Made by a program: the position numbers and the translations under genes
Notes under the pieces: generated by a model
Database searches by the model: none
What the model was told of the DNA's origin: nothing
What the model saw: only the letters and a program-made list of their open reading frames with translations
Assembly (NCBI GenBank): GCA_013265495.1
Contig: MU058337.1
Location: forward strand, 2,696,686-2,760,685
From: Vicugna vicugna
Taxonomy: Eukaryota
Direction of reading: 5' to 3'
Length of the DNA: 64,000 nucleotides
Shown: piece after piece, positions 39,444-52,620 of the stretch
Position numbering within the stretch: position 1 is the stretch's first letter
Layout of the letters: the number at the start of each line of letters is the position of its first letter

Positions 39444-40078
39444 TGTTGCCCGTGGATGCACTGGTGTTCCAGTTTCTTGTCCTGTCCCAGAAAAAATTCA
39501 GCAGAGCTTAAAAAAAGTAAAGTGAGGATTTATTAAAGGGTGGCCAGCACACTCTCAGGGGAGAGCAGGCAGGCTCAGGTGAGTGGCTGCCCTGTGTTTC
39601 ATTGGCAGGTTAGTTACATAAGGTGTAAAAGTGAATGGGCAGAATATTCGTTGAGGAGGGAAGGGCTTGGGGTCATATTTCCTGATTACCATCCCAACTC
39701 CCACTTCCCAAAGGGAGGAGGGATTTTTGTCCTTATTTAGTCTGGATCGGAAGTGTCATGGCATTGGTGCATGATGGGTACTTCTGATCTGCAAGGCTAA
39801 TTTTATTGAAATGAGGGCATAATGAGCAAAAGGTTACATTCAGACACTGGAAATTCCTGCCGTTTCTCATCTTTCTTTGTTGGTCTCCAGGCCAAAACGT
39901 GTGGCCCATTATCAGCCCAAAGGTTCCTGCTTTTCTTTCTCTGCCCAGAGACCCCTGGTGCTTCCATGATATGTGGTTTCCTGCATTTGGCTTGTGCCCC
40001 TCCTTTCTGCCCAGTTCCTGCCATTTGATCTGTGTCCCCCTTTCTCTGCTCATATGTAGCTATCTGCCTGCTCTGACA
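39444..40078 (-). mobile_element. ERV1-class solo LTR, third family (MER4/LTR8-like group)
   Basis: Termini tgttgcc...ctgaca; gatttattaa is a minus-strand polyA signal; flanks gggg / gagg (3/4 TSD match). Confidence 0.8.
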
Positions 40079-40281
40079 GAGGTAATAGTTACAAAAGAGT
40101 CAGGAGGAAATAATATGCTTATACTTGTCTGTGTTTATTAGACTTTTTTATATTTTATTAATCATGGATATTTTGCATTAATTTGGTTTTTTTAATGTTC
40201 ATGAAAATATTAATTATTTTGATTACTGAGGGTGTCATCTCAACATTTACACCTGTTTCTGATCCTCTTGAGTCTTGGTCT

Positions 40282-40783
40282 TGTCAACTGAAAAAAATGC
40301 ACAGCCTAAAAGTTGAGAGCTATGTTTCATTTGGTGGACGTTTCTGAGGACTCAAACCCCTTGAGCCCGAGCCCAGGCTGACAGCCTCCCATATTGCTCT
40401 GAGGGGCTGCTCCTAAGAGGTAGGGGAGGAGCCAGGGTACACAGGAGTTTTATAAAAAGACCAGGTAGTTGGAACATTAAAAGCTTGCTTGTTAACTAAT
40501 GAAAACTAGGCATCTCAAGTTAAAGAATTTAGTGTTTTTCTATGTATGGGAGGAAGCAAACATTTGGGCTCATTGAATTCATTCCTTTGACAAGCACCTA
40601 GCTATCTAGGGCCAGTGTCCTGTCCTTTCTTATTCTGAGTCCGCTCAGGGTGCACCACTGTGAGTGGCTGCAGAGGCCGGGCTGCAGGCCTGTCCTCACT
40701 TGGGGGTGGCGGCAGCCGCTGATGACTTGATGGCTTCAGTATTCTTTGCTTACTGATGTGGTTTGCAGTATTTTTCATTCACC
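40282..40783 (-). mobile_element. ERV1-class solo LTR (MER41-like artiodactyl family), copy B
   Basis: tgtcaactgaaaaaaatgcacagcctaaaagttgag...tttttcattcacc; flanks gtct / atct (3/4 TSD match); long identical blocks with copy A. Confidence 0.88.
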
Positions 40784-42015
40784 ATCTTGAACAAGGCCAC
40801 AATCTCTTAATAAGTGTTTTATTATTAAAGAGATATTTTTATTTATTGAATACTTTTAAAATGATTTCCTCTCCAAATGAAAGAAATAAGTATTTGATTT
40901 TAAAAACTCATACATTAAAATTTGGTTCATTACTGTCCCCTTATGTTTCCTTCTCTAGCCAATCCCTCTCCCTGAACAATATTTTATTTAAACATAAATT
41001 AAAATATTATTTCCTTTATCCTAAGACTTTATTTTCAAGTTGGTGTATTGTGTCCCTTTCTGACCCCTAACTTTAAGCTTCTCTGTATTCCTCTAATTTC
41101 TCCCTTTGCCCAAATTCTTATATTTTTCCTATGGTGCTAAACTCTGCTCTAAAGTGTGTTACCTTAGTATGGCTGGAAATATTTCTGAAACCTACACATT
41201 CGGAGTGATGCTTTTGGAGAATAAAGCTCTGCATATGATTATCTTCCAAGTTGTTTATCTATTTAATGCGCAGTCTTATTTTATCAGTTTGATTTAATTT
41301 ACTATAAATATGCTTCACAGTTTGTCCTAATCTTCTCATTTTCAACACTCTTTAAAATCTTTAAAAATTAAGTTTTAATGGCTTCAATCCGAGGCATGAA
41401 TATCGACCACATAGCTATTTACCTCCTTTATAATGTCTTTGTGTAAAACGTTTCTTCGCCCCCATTCTGCCATCTTTGTTTCCTTTTACATTTCCTCCCT
41501 AACCCTTTTCATATTTATTTTTCCCCTTTCAATTTTGTTATTACTATAAAGGACCAACTTTGGGAAACAATATTCTTGGAAAGGAACGTAAGGAAGAGAA
41601 GAATGAAACTAAATGAAGCAATACATCTTCTTCAGGCCTGATTTTGTCTTACAAAAAGAGTCAAAACCACTCTCCTTGGTGTTTGCCTACATCTTAGCGC
41701 CCATCTTTTCTGCTCACTAAGACTTTGCTTGGGCCTGCTGTTTCCTTCTTACTGAATCAAAATTTAAGCTTCAGCTTTCTGACTTTCCATTCATTACTAA
41801 TCTCATCATAATGTTCAGTTTTCCATATGATGACTTCTCAACTTTCATATTATACATCTGTCTGAATCCTAAAGTTTTGTACTTTTGTGCGTCTTGAAAT
41901 TTTTACATTTTTTTTAAATTAAAGCACCATTTTACCTCCATTTGTGAGACACATATTTTACATCTATCACCCATGAAATGTGGATGGAAAATCCTTCACC
42001 TACCTGACAGACTGA

Positions 42016-42122
42016 GTGAAGAAGAAGAAGATGGAGGAGAAGGAGGAAGACTTGGAGGTGGAGGAGGATAAGAAAGAGGGGGAGGACGAGGAAGGAGGGA
42101 GAAAGTGGGAAGAAGATGAAAA
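42016..42122. repeat. GA-rich low-complexity tract (degenerate GAA/GAG)
   Basis: gaagaagaagaagatggaggagaaggaggaag...gaagaagatgaa. Confidence 0.8.
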
Positions 42123-43999
42123 CGATATCACAAATATACATACTTCTAGGTTTTTTTGGCAGAAAAATCATCAAAATTCAAATAAATATGACTCAACTAC
42201 TCATGCAAAATTGCCATAGCTGATGATACCCAGTAAATCCATCATTAAATGCAAGGTGTTGTTTAAAGCACAGTGTACGAGAGTTGAATAGCTGAAGTTG
42301 GAAAAAATTTCTCCGACAACGTACAAAATAAAATACTCCATTTGTGGTACCTTGACGTTTTTCTGTATGTTTGAAAGGAATTAAGAGAAGGTATGTGAAA
42401 CACCAGTAGTAAAACATCAAAATCTTTATGACTAAACAAGCAGATTAGTGATCAGAGGGACGAACGCGTTTCAGAATCCTTTTATCCCATCTTTACTATG
42501 TGCCTAAGTCTGTGAGTCGTAGTAACTGCTGAAATGGCTCCCAGCTGCGGCCTGCTCATTACAGGCACATGTTTCATCTGTTAGCGACGCAGACGGGGTC
42601 CACTTACAACTTCTCCCTGTGAACAACGCGTATTCAGTCTAATAAAAAAGAGGTCCAACATTCTCAGTGTTTCAACTTTGTTCACATCACTAATTCTGAT
42701 ATAGATGCTTTTATAAACATTACATAATCCAGAGTATTCAAATTTACCTATCTTTATGTTATGAATATGTATACGTTTCTGATCCAGAATATGGAGGCAA
42801 AAGGGTCACTTCATATGAATATGTATCATTCTCTCATGATCTCAATCAAACTTAACCCACTTTCCTAAAAGAAAAACAAAAAACCTTGTGTGTTTTTTCT
42901 TGTGATGTTTTTACTGTTGTTTTTGTTAATTTTTCCCATTTGATTCTCCCATTCAGTTTCAGTAAATGAAAAACTCCTGTAACTCGACCCACCATAAATT
43001 TATCATGAGATCAAATGAACAAAATATATGATCCAAATAGTTTCTCACTGGGAAACTATTTAGGGAAATAAACTTTTCCATTTATTAATTGATAAACAAC
43101 AGAGTAAGTAAAAATATAATATCTATTTATTGATGTTGATATTCTGTCAATTTGACATAACCCCTAATATGAACTAACACAGTACCAGTAGTGCGAACAC
43201 AACCTGAGTAATCAATTAATCACACTTACAAGTAGTTCGAGATTCAAAAATGGGAGTGGAGATATGTTTTTCTTTCTCTTCTTAACTGAGGAAAGATTCA
43301 TCTGCTGTGTAGTGAAAAGGCCACATAAATGGTGTTTGTTGTCACACAAATTCACGCCAATAGGTTCCTACTGACCCGGAAGGGAGCCACTCCTTCCTTA
43401 TTCACATGGTAAAAACACCGCTGGCTCTTGGAAGCCCATGAACCAGGGCTCAGCTCTTCAGGAAGCTGTTGTTGTTGTTGTATTTATATTTATTCTAGAA
43501 TGAAGACCTGCACTCAGAGAAGGAACAGAGTGTTCTGGGGTACGTGTGAGTGTGGGAGAGAGTGTGCGCGGCTCTGAAACAGTCTCCGGCCAAGGCTAAA
43601 AGCCCCTCTCCACTCAACTAACTTGCGTGGACTGAGATAATTCTACAATTAACCTGGAATTGTGTTTTGTGCTGGAGACAGTGAGTATGTGCAGGTGAAA
43701 TAAGAAAACTGTGTGTTGGGATCCAAGAATGGATGTCCTTACGCCATTGAACCATCCAGGGAGTCCTGTCACAAGTGTAAGAACCCAGGGGGGTCACAGA
43801 GGATCTCCTTCAAATTCAAACATCACAGAAGCAAGAAGCACAGGCTGTAGTCAGCATGAACTCAAATCCCCAGTCAGCTCTGGGACCATCATTACAAGCA
43901 ATCCTTTTTTGCCTGAAAAAGGTCTCAGGGATTTAAGAATAATTGTGGGAAAGAGAAGCTTCAAAAGGAAATAGATAATAATGCGTTTGACCACCTAGC

Positions 44000-44155
44000 A
44001 TCTCAGAACTAAAATAACTCTGGGAACCAGCATTTCCAGCAGCAGCAAGGAGCTTGTTAGAAGTGCAAATTTCTGCCCCTCTCTCCCCAAACCTGCAGAA
44101 ACAGCACCTGCATATTATTATTCATATGCATTTTGATGTTTGAAAAGCACGGCTC
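44000..44155. mobile_element. MER5A1-like fragment
   Basis: cagcagcaaggagcttgttagaagtgcaaatt...aaacctgcagaa...attcatatgcattttgatgtttgaaaagcac. Confidence 0.7.
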
Positions 44156-44991
44156 CAGCAATAAATTAGAAAAATAAAAGAGAGATTTCCTGTTTGTGGA
44201 CTCAGTCGCATACAATACATCTAATTTTTTCCACAAGCGTGTATTTACGACTAGATGAAGTTGAGGTGGGTTTGGGCCCTGCCCTTTATTAAGCTAATAT
44301 TTTGTTAAGAAGTGACAGCAATGATTTATTAGCTTTTTGGTTAAATTTTTGGAAGGTGGTGTTTTTCAAGTCTACTTAATTAAACAAAAGCTACAAGTAT
44401 ATGCTAAAACATGTTTGTCCAAATGATAAAAGCAGTGTTTTTCAGGGACGAAGGTAAGTGCTGTTCCCAGACTCTGAGTTTGCCAAAGAATAAATCAGTG
44501 GCAACTGTGAAAGCCACCAGCTGGAGCGCCTTTGTCACAACAGGACCAGTAGAGAAGATGAAAGTGTGGAGGGTGAGCCCAGGTCAGAATCCCAAGACCC
44601 CTGAGGCAGTTTGAGGGCAAATCTTCAGTATAGAAATTGAGTCAGATTTCCTCCATTGGGAATGGAAACTTTTGAATGAAGAATTCATCTTTCGGTCAAA
44701 GAAGCAAGATGGGGATAAGAAGAATTATGACCCCACTTCAAAATTCAGCTGATAAAAACAAAGCAAAGAGTGATTTGAATGGTTCTGAGGCGGTCATCAG
44801 AATAGGTGCATCACGCTGCTGTAGAGCGGGAGATGGTTGTGAATTCGTGGGAGTAAGACACCAAAAATCTCTGAAGTCATTTCAGAATGAGTTTCCCAAA
44901 ATAGGGAATATGGCTGGAAACGCATTCTATGCTATGCCTGTTAAATCCATTAAGTGAATTCTTGCTTCAACCCATTGTTTCTTTCTCTCTA

Positions 44992-45234
44992 TTCTTCCTT
45001 CTTCTCTTCTTCCCTTTTTCTTTCCTTCCTTCCTTCCTTCCTTCCTTCCTTCCTTCCTTCTTTCCTTCCTTCCTTCCTTCCTTCTTTCCTTCCTTCCTTC
45101 CTTCCTTCTTTCCTTCCTTCCTTCCTTCCTTCTTTCCTTCCTTCCTTCCTTCCTTCTTTCCTTCCTTCCTTCCTTCCTTCTTTCCTTTCTTTCTTTCTTT
45201 CTTTCTCTCTCTCTCTCTTTTCTTTCTTCTTCTT
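44992..45234. repeat. Compound (CTTC)n/(TTTC)n/(TC)n microsatellite; pure polypyrimidine tract
   Basis: No purine between 44992 and 45234. Five exact 24-bp TTTC(CTTC)5 units at 45061-45180. Confidence 0.97.
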
Positions 45235-46639
45235 AATCCATCATATAAAACACCTACATTCAAAATGTACTTAAAAGTATTATTGATCAGTATATCACCC
45301 AAAGAAGAGAATGGTAATCATTACCTGTGGTCTTTCAACTCTTTTTCTTTAGCCTCCCAACTTTTGCTTTCTCCGTTCCAAGTATCATAAATATAAAAAT
45401 TGGTTTCGTTTCCCAGAAATGGAGTAAGTCGTCTGCTATTTGTCATTTTGGTCAACAACAGCAACAAAAGTACATGTTCCAGGGAGGACTAGCGAGGCAT
45501 TTGGCTTTGAGTTTTTTGGAATCCTGTATCTTTACACTCCATGTTAAAATAAGATGAACAGGTTGAGGCTAGAGTGTCCAACACTATAGTTACAAGAAAA
45601 ATGACAATTAGGTCTCTGCACAATGCTATTTTATACATTTTATATCTCCTTAATAGTTGTTTTTAAAACTGGTCACTCCCAAAATTCAGTTTAGAAAAAA
45701 AGAGTCCAAGATAGAATGAAGCAGTGTGTTGACTGTTACTTTAGTCCTACATTGTTCTGTTCCTTGTTAAACGAATTAGTCTTTGAGAGACGCCATGCAA
45801 ATTACCACAAGATTTGACTTGAAAGGAATTATTTGGGCTCTCAAGGCCATATAATCCACAGCAATGCCGGTTCTTTAGACTATTAATTTTCACCAAGTCT
45901 TGCATTTCCATGTCTTATTTTGTTATATGTGAGCACCTGAAAGCACACATTTGCATTTTCTATAAACTGTATTTAATTCTCTTTGATTTCTCTTGAAACT
46001 GTATGCAGTTGAAGAACGTTGAAAATTACAATCTATGAAGTGGGTTAGGAATTCAAGAGAGAAAACACCTGGATCAGTCTCTTGTCTTTCAGACACTATC
46101 AATATGGGTTTAGAAGAATCCTTGGCATATAGTAATTGTTATGTAAGTATTAGATATTATTATTATTGTTATTATATTATTTTTAGAAATGTGAAAATCA
46201 AATTTCTGTAACTATGATTATTCTAAAGCTTTAATGTGAACTTTATATAGTATCTACCAACCTGCCAATCAAAATATTCTGTGTGTTCAACACCAATTTG
46301 CCCTGATTAATATTTCAGATCACTTATTGTTTGTTTTAGTGTAGATATAGAGAAAAAACACAATAGTATCTTAATAGTTATTTTACTCATGAAAAAAATC
46401 ATCACTTGATTTTTATTATTGGTTTCAGATTTAAATATCTGCATCTCCTCTAATATAAATTCAAAGTTCAGTTTGTCATAAGTCTAATCATATTTGCTGT
46501 TTTCTCAAAAACATTTGTTTCCATAATCAATGTCTTCTGACATGCTTTCAAAACAATAAAAACACAGACATTTAATATTTGTTGAACATAGTCACAATGT
46601 TAAACATTTTTGCTATTAGGAATAAATGACATTTTATTA

Positions 46640-46780
46640 TAATCATATGCTGTAAGTACTGATATGTTATTAATGTATATAGAAGGAAACTGAGGCTTAG
46701 GAAATGTAAGTAAAGCCAAGAGCACACAGCTAAGGGTTGGAACTGGGGAATGAGGTGTGGGCGTGGCCTCAGAGCATCCT
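46640..46780 (-). mobile_element. MIR fragment
   Basis: tagaaggaaactgaggcttagg...gccaagagcacacagctaag. Confidence 0.75.
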
Positions 46781-49700
46781 GTATCACACTCAATATCCCG
46801 CTGCAATCACTCTCTAATAAGGGCAGAGAATTCTCCACCTAAGCAGAGAATAATAAGTGCCACTGGACACATTCATACCATATTCCCTGTTCCATAATCT
46901 GCTGTTATTTATTTTTTTGGTTTTGTTTTTCCTAGATGCATTATTTTAGTGACTCATAAAATTGTATGATACAGGGTCCTTACATTTCTAGCTAACCATT
47001 TTCCCTATTATACTATGATTGGGAATATATATTTTTTTATTCTCAATGGTAGCACATTTAAACTTTTTCTAATGTTTTGCGGTACTGTCTACAGTTTATT
47101 CTTCAGAAGAATATTTCTAATTTCTGAAGGTCATTTTAATTATTACTTTTCAATATTTATTTTTCTCATATCTAATACAATATAAATGTTTTCTTCTGAT
47201 AAACTATCAACAATTTCTTAGAATTGGTAAGAATGTTTATTAGAATATTTCTCAAGACTGATACATTAGCAGTCTTATTTATCCACATAACAACATATAT
47301 ATTGATAATTTCTTAGTTTGTTAATAAGACCCATACGGAATGGAATAAAAAGCTGAATGACAGAAAAGGGAAATTGTTCTATCCCATACCTCTTACCTAT
47401 GCTAGCTCTAATAAAATCTTTCCTGAAGGCTGTTCCTTCTTTCTATCTCCTTTACTTCTTATGCAGCAAAATATTCATTTCCAGGGTTGGATCCACACAG
47501 AAGACATATTTATTCATGTATTCATTCATTCTTTCATTCTATATGAATTTACTGAATATCTATTCAATCGGCCCAAAATATATTTACTTAACCTTAATCT
47601 TGAGCAGGACACCATGCCAGGCAGAGAAGGATGGAGTGAAAATATAAGATTAGAAAGGAGCACCATCTGATCTTTTCCATATTTCACCTTTACTCTCAAA
47701 GCCTCTATTTACTGCTGAGTTGCTCTGGGTGTGACAGGGTAGTCTTAGCCATTTCAATATGAAACAGCCTCATTTGAAAAACAAATATTTCCCTGAGTGT
47801 CTGACTTACCACCAAGAGGAGATATAATCAGCAGGGAAAATCAAAATCAATGTATGCAGCTTGCATGTGATGTTTTCGGAGAGTACTGAATCATAAAATA
47901 TATTGTACAAAAAAATACATGACAAGAACATATGCATTGGCTTCAAGAATCTGGGTTGTTTGGATCTCATTTAGGTCAAGGCTGCCCATACTTTCTGATG
48001 ACAATATTCTGCTCTCTAAGGCTGAATTCTCCCGCAGTCTAACAGCAAGTAATACTGTTTTAAAAGCCACGAATATGCCTACTCCCTTGAATATCAATTA
48101 CGTTAACATAGCGATCTCCACGGTCTCCAGTTGCCCATGAAACGGAGCCTTGAAATTACTCCAGAACCTAGGTCACCTTCATAGGAGCAGTCTGCTCAGT
48201 CACCGAGATGCTCAGGCACTGAAAGGCAGAGCTGGCTAAGTTAGGAGACAAATATGATTTTTTTTTTTAAATGTAACTGTTGGGATTCTTTAATTTTTTC
48301 ATTGCACTAACAAAATAGAAAATAAAAATGTTACACCAGAATTTATATATTTAAATACCTATCACTCTCAGCAAAAGAAGAAAAGCCATGCGTTGTGCTT
48401 CATTAGACATGTGTTTGTCTACTTTGAAACATGTATTTGTTTCCTTTTTAGTAAAAGTTTGAGGCAATTTTGTGAAAAAAAAAAAAGAAAGATACAAGGT
48501 ATCTATCTATTTGGTTCCCTTCCTCAATAAAGGTACTCACCAGAGATCTGTTTACATTTATACACTAAACATACACACACACACTTGCCTGAATTTTTTA
48601 AAATCTCCACATTCTCTCTGACTTTCTGCATTTAAGATTATGTCTTCCATACATGAGAAGTCTTAAAATTTTAAAGGTATGAGACTAAAAAGACCATTGT
48701 TGAGAAGATTCTGAAAATACCAGGTTCTTGATACATACTATCTACACTTGAAACAGACTAACTATGAAATGTTAGTGAAGAATTTGAACACTTCTTCATT
48801 CAATTTATTTTAGTTTACATCTATAGAAATAAAAACTGCAGTCCCTTAAAATGATTCAATACAAATATCTGTGTCTCCTGTCATTTATGTACCAGCATGC
48901 ACAGAGGCCTCGATTCCAAAACAATAATCCCTTGGGCCTGAAAAAGTAATTCTCAAAGTTAGATTGGAGGAAATTATGAGAAAATTATCTGGAATACAAA
49001 TAGAAACTTGGAGGATCAAAAGACTGAAAACAATGCATCTTTTCTTCTTTAGTTTAGTGAAATCAATACAGTTGACTAGAATCAACCATTCAAAATGCAA
49101 GAGGTTATGCAATTTTTATGTTTCCTAAAACAAAAAAGTGTTCCTTTAGTATTTGAAGGTCTTTCCTTTGGGGCCTGTCGCTGTCATTCAGGAACTGTGC
49201 TAACATGACAACATATATACATAATGTTAATTTCATATATTTATGTTGTATGTACATGTTTTCATGTCCTCATTTATAAATTAAATATGAAAGGATTACT
49301 ATTTATTTGTCACTCTGAGGAAATCATAGACTCACAAATATTTTGAGTTGATTGATTAACACCATAAGGCAAAGCAGATCATCACTGAATGCCTTACAGT
49401 TTTAAGAAATACTAAGAAATATTACATATTAACTCCAGCTTGTATAAGATGACTTATTATGATGTAGCTTCCTTGTGTGATTAGGACTTCCTTGAGGCCA
49501 GGGGATTTCTGGGTTCTCAGTACATAAGGCACTGCGCCCTATGGTCTGTTAAATTAAAATTTTAATCAATAATCAAATTACTTAATATGACATAATTATA
49601 CCACCTGTCCAGAATTTTAATAGACAAGTGAAATATTAAGAGGAAAATTTCTCACTGTAAAATATTGATTGGGTTAATGTTGTAATGATACAGTTCTAAT

Positions 49701-52139
49701 TAATCTCAAGACAAGAGAGTTAATTTTGTGTGATTTCATGAGAAAAGACAAAGATCTATCTATTCAGCTCATTTTAAAATAAGAAGGAACTTTAAAGGAT
49801 CCAAAGTCAAATTTTAACTTCATTCAAGGACACATTGGAATCCTAAATACATTAAGCCTCTTTTTTTTCCCTCTAATTTTTAATCTAGTCCGTAAGATAA
49901 TGAATCCTGACAAATCCTGATTATATTTATGAACTTTGAAAATCCAAGCGTATTCATTTTTAAATTGATGTACTTTCTTTTTAAAATCTTTGTTGAGAAA
50001 TAATCTAAAGTATTCCCATGGTCTCATGGCATTTAAGAACCTACCCTGTTATTTGCAATCTAAGTTTATGTTGATACCAGCTAAGACCGTGTCTATCCAC
50101 ACACATGGCTTAACCCTGCATTCTGAAATGTAAAGGACTAATTTCCCCTCTTTTTACTTGATGATTTCTCCATTTTATTCATATTTTAAAATCTCCTTAC
50201 TCTTTCACTTTATCTGATACTTGAATAATTATTGATGCTGCATCCAGCAGACATTAAAACATAAACAATTTCTTAAACATATTGACATTATGTATGAGAA
50301 TTATAAGAATATTGAGTGATATGCCACTAATATAAAGTAGTTAATTTGATAGAACCTGGATATATTTAAAGACTAATATCGACTAAATATAACACACAAA
50401 ACTACTCGGTGCTTACTAATTAAATTTCTTACCAAATTCTTTAGTCTGGAAGCAATAACCAAGATGGAGCAGCAGTTGAATGTATCCCGTGCAACCATTT
50501 AGCGAGTATCCTATGTCGGAACAAAGGTCACCATGGCTGATTCATTACTGAAAAGCCTGAGTGGTAGCTTTACCAAGCCCTTGTTGGAGAACAAAAGGCC
50601 CATAGAATTACACCCGCAGTATCATACTGTTTTTCAAATATTTTAGATATGCTCCATGTAAGCCTTTTTTTTTTTTGTAAAATATGCACAATTTATCTTT
50701 ATTTTATGTTCAAACTTGGTTGCTATTCTTTACATGAACAACTTTAAATAGCACAAACTTTGAATATTAGAATGGCAAGCTAGCCACTTCTGTAAAATTA
50801 TTTCCTCCAATAAGTAAACAGAAAATGGCGACTGAAACACAAAAGTATATTAACCAGCACCATTACAGGGCACTGAAAGCAAGTAAATTCTCCTTTAATT
50901 TTCTTTTCTCTCCAAAGTAAATTGCATGTGAGAGAGAAAAAAAAGTTACTGAAAATAAAGTAAAAGATTGCTAAGAAGAGAGAGCATTTGTTCTTTGACT
51001 TTATGTAGCATCATAAACGAGGTCTTTGATGATGTGAAAATTTCAGATGGATGTCCATGCTGGGTTTTTTAGATTGATTGATTGATTGATTATCGGTCAC
51101 CACTATTAATACTTTCCTGAATAAAAATTCTACAAATAAATCTCAGTAGAATGGCTGTTACACATATTTGATGAAACCCCCCAAATTAAGTACTTTATAA
51201 GGAACTCAAAGTGATTGCTAATCATACATACTTAAGCTATGTGTTTATTTAACTGTGACAAATGAAATAACGTTAAATACATTATAATCTACCTTCGGGT
51301 GGACTTCATTCTAATTAAGGGTAAGCATTTTGTAAGTGCTTAGTATTTGTTATTATATTAAAAACAGCTCTTGTGATTCGATGAAGTTTCACCCAATGGC
51401 CCTAGCAGAACTATAACTATTGTTGGAAACATGTAATGTTTTGCATTTGCTTTAACTGTAGTAACCCATTATCTAGAGCTAATATCACCAGACCCTGACA
51501 ATTCTTAAAAATATTTACTATAAACAAAAATTACAGGGAACATTCTTCTAAGGTATCAGCCATTTTTCTTTCTTCTGACATGCAAAGGGACTCCATATTT
51601 ATATTAAAAAATCACATTTATTTCTTCGAACATGATAAAAATATTTTTAACTGCTGTATTTTTTCATGAGTAGTATGTATTTGGTTACTGTTAAATAAAT
51701 TCCTGTTTTCTGTATTATCAGATTACTCAGAATATTTGTTTTCACTGTTATCCACTAGTAAAGTAGAATCCTAATTGCATTATCACCTTGTTTCTCATTG
51801 CACTTGTTGCTTTATTAAAGAAAAAAAGTTTTATAAAGAAAAATGTCACATTCAAATATATATGCACATAGACACACACACACACACATATATATATATA
51901 TTTAACCAAAATACAATCTTATATTTGCAACTATTTTATCACTATATTAGGGATGATTATTCAGGTCTCTCTCTTTAGGTAGTAAATTATTTACCTTATT
52001 TGTTTAATCAGTAATACTCTCCAGGTTCAAGCATTTCCTTGATATTTCAATCTATTACTTATTACAAATAACACTGTAATAATTATTCTTTCTTAGGCTA
52101 TAGAGAAAAGCCATATAGAACATTCAGGGCAATCAATTA

Positions 52140-52620
52140 GACAGGGTAATTGAACAAATATGTTTCAGATAGATATCGATCAAACTAGCAAAGATAAATT
52201 GGAAATACTGCCTTATTAAGTCCAAGGAAATAAAGGCATTCAGCTATATGTTAAACAAAACAAAACGAAACAAAAGATCAGAAATTGCCATGTCCTTCTC
52301 TGTATCTCTCACTTAGCTCTACACTTTTTTCTCACAGTGGACTGACTTACTCTTCTTGGGGACAAAATCCTGCCAATGACAACTCCTAAAATTCATAACG
52401 TAAGGCTTCAGCCACATACAGAAATGAATGTGCCTTCTTAAATCCCCCGATAAAACATTCTGAGAGAAACTTCACCGACCTCGCTTGTGTCAGATGGGCT
52501 CTATCGGATAAATCAATTGTGGCCAGAGGGCTGAGGTCAAGTTAGGACAACTAGTCCATTTCATCGGCACAAGAGCAGTGGCTGGAGGGTGGCTGTGCTT
52601 CTCACAAGAAGTTCAGCACA
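52140..52620 (-). mobile_element. Old MaLR LTR (MLT1J/K/L-like)
   Basis: tctctgtatctctc...ttcagccac...ttctgagagaaact...cttgtgtcagatg...aatcaattgtggccagaggg resembles antisense old MLT1. Confidence 0.55.

Noticed and set aside
37736..40783. Internally deleted provirus between the two related LTRs
   Set aside because: Separate TSD-like flanks for each LTR, indel differences, and no PBS, PPT or internal retroviral sequence seen.
42016..42219. Acidic 67-aa ORF resembling an HMGB or prothymosin tail
   Set aside because: Only GA-rich low complexity; no flanking homology, poly(A) or TSD for a processed pseudogene.
44446..44453. tttttcag|GGACGAAG|gtaagt possible microexon
   Set aside because: 8 nt would shift the frame, and the pyrimidine tract is short.
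44929..45390. Repetitive ORFs (FLPS/KEGR repeats)
   Set aside because: Translations of the CTTC microsatellite.
47891..48140. Opposing ORFs in unique sequence
   Set aside because: No recognisable product or convincing splice-site pair.
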